A DNA stretch of 63,258 bases, filler included, from Perkinsus chesapeaki ATCC PRA-425 (taxonomy: Eukaryota > Protista > Perkinsozoa): NCBI GenBank assembly GCA_013115145.1. It is 4 parts of 4 records of this genome, joined end to end, with 100 filler letters (N's around TTAATTAATTAA, not from the genome) between each part and the next. Parts side by side here need not be neighbours in the genome. Positions count along the whole stretch, not along the records: positions 32,359 to 63,258 come from JAAPAO010000431.1; 3 more parts are not named here. One strand, 5' to 3'. The position numbers and the translations under genes are program-made. The notes beneath the pieces were generated by a model. That model was not told the DNA's origin and did not search any database. It saw only the letters and a list, made by a program, of their open reading frames with translations. This document shows positions 61,822 to 63,258 of the stretch, piece by piece. Each line of letters begins with the position of its first letter. Position 1 is the stretch's first letter.

Positions 61822-63060
61822 TCAATTACACACCCAATCAGCATCAAGCCCCGAAGGCACTGTTACACTAGCGCCTTTACCATGGTGCTCATCATCGCCA
61901 GAATGCACGTCAATGTCTACCACTTGCTCTCCACCAAAATCTAACATCTGTTCGGGCGGCTGTGGAACAGCCTTTGCCGCGGCCGACAATATACCGCCAG
62001 TAGCGTGGGCTAAGTCGTTCTTAGCTTCGGCAGAGGTCTCCCTAATGGGTCCAACTGTATAGCAGGATTCACCACTAACAATGATAACACCAACATAAGC
62101 ACTAGTAAGCTCATTCTCAGATATAGGCGTCACCACCCGTCCTACTCCAGAACATAGTAATATACTCTCATTAATAGGACGGTTCCCGCGAGTGTCAGGA
62201 GGGCTCGTCAAGCCCATAGCCGCCTGGTAGTCATCACCAGCGGCCACAATAGTCCGCCTGGGAGGTCCCAGAATATGTATCCGATGGGCGTCGGCTCGCT
62301 GGTATGCCACAAATGCATTTCCGAGGCCACCAATTGATACAAGCATGACCCCCTCTGGCAGATGTTGCGCAGCGGGGGTGTGCAGAGTTTTACCAGTACC
62401 ATCAGAATCGACGCCACAAAGTGCGGCGGCGGCCGCTGCAGCCTCGGCAGCCTGATGACCTTGTAGAGCGTCTCGGCGCATCTTCATGAGAGCGGCCTCA
62501 CTGGGCATCTCAACACGATGATGGTTGTGCTGATCATCGTCAATAGGGTGTTCCGGCCGCTTTCTTCCGCGGCTGCGGCGACCATCACCATCGTCAACTT
62601 CTGCGCGGAGCTCGGCAGCCAATGCCTCGAGGGCAGGGATGTCTCCACCGAGTTGTTCCAGTCTTAGACGGTCTGATAGGGCTTCTTCAATGGTTTTACG
62701 AGTTGGCCCAGAGAATCTTCTTCCTTTGCTGCAGAACCCTCCGACAAATGCCTTCCTCGAGCGCTGAACTCCCTTGGGTAGAGGAATTCCAGGCAATTCA
62801 ATTCCCCCTGGAGCGTTACCAGTTCTATCATGGTGTATCACATGTCGTTGTTTCTTACGTGGGGGAGGGGTTGTGTTGGCAACCGCAGCTTGAGAGAGCA
62901 TAGAGTGGGAGAAGCTCTCCATAGTTGCTGCGGCGGCAAGAGCAGCGACCGCCGCTTGATCATCCGGGTTTACCCCGTTCGGCCCGGCATCTATCCCAAG
63001 ATGACCGGTTAGGCCACATACAGCTGCAACTGCGTTCGCTGTTGAAAGGTCGTTGTCCAT
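61822..63060 (-). CDS. Protein with three AP2-like (GPxRxT..A..D) repeats; probable DNA-binding factor
   Basis: Intronless ORF, likely ATG at 63060; basic NLS-like patches (PPRKKQR, RSRGRKR); three related segments GPTRKTIEEALSD, GPPRRTIVAAGDD and GPIRETSAEAKND. Confidence 0.6.
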   Translation of the reverse strand: MDNDLSTANAVAAVCGLTGHLGIDAGPNGVNPDDQAAVAALAAAATMESFSHSMLSQAAVANTTPPPRKKQRHVIHHDRTGNAPGGIELPGIPLPKGVQRSRKAFVGGFCSKGRRFSGPTRKTIEEALSDRLRLEQLGGDIPALEALAAELRAEVDDGDGRRSRGRKRPEHPIDDDQHNHHRVEMPSEAALMKMRRDALQGHQAAEAAAAAAALCGVDSDGTGKTLHTPAAQHLPEGVMLVSIGGLGNAFVAYQRADAHRIHILGPPRRTIVAAGDDYQAAMGLTSPPDTRGNRPINESILLCSGVGRVVTPISENELTSAYVGVIIVSGESCYTVGPIRETSAEAKNDLAHATGGILSAAAKAVPQPPEQMLDFGGEQVVDIDVHSGDDEHHGKGASVTVPSGLDADWVCN

Positions 63061-63258
63061 TATGCAGGAAAAGTGCAGGTTCCTAAACTTGCACAAAATG
63101 CTTTGTTCTACCGGCCGGACTGAGATCGATGTGAAACGCACGCGCCCGCATAAACGCGACAGGGGCGAGCGAGATATTTTTGAGTGCATGGCGATTCACT
63201 ACGCTCCGTCGAGCGCATCCATTGTCTCGCTCGCCAAGTAACGCTCGTAAGATATCTC

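Overview
Eukaryotic, intron-rich DNA of an alveolate protist. Perkinsus is the most likely source; this is inference from the short introns with variable donors, the 'VNDP' S8 subtilisin family, the divergent GH18-like genes and an AP2-like protein. The window is a draft scaffold with four N-gaps; three carry an artificial TTAATTAATTAA linker, so adjacency across them is not guaranteed. Left part (1-32 kb) is accessory-like: a decayed Ty3/Gypsy pol, a secreted S1/P1 nuclease, three tandem subtilisins, an RNase H-bearing LINE fragment, about 7 kb of unrecognised exon-like debris, a nocturnin/CCR4-like EEP gene with an intronic minisatellite, a catalytically degenerate GH18-like gene and the 3' end of a second LTR element. 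Right part (32-63 kb) is more gene-dense: two tRNA-Arg(UCU)-derived copies, an intron-containing M23 peptidase, an ATG18/WIPI-like gene head-to-head with a probable mitochondrial protein, an LRR gene, PABPN1, a hAT transposase relic, a second GH18-like gene plus a partial duplicate, glucose-6-phosphate 1-epimerase and a triple AP2-like protein. The strongest unexplained signal is a window-wide excess of palindromes with exactly one unpaired central base (arms 8-38 bp), one at a demonstrable rearrangement junction. This is the geometry expected from opening of hAT-type DNA hairpins. A second unexplained signal is a strand-specific, frame-independent GGCCGAA array inside the Gypsy pol. All counts were made by eye; no database searches were run.
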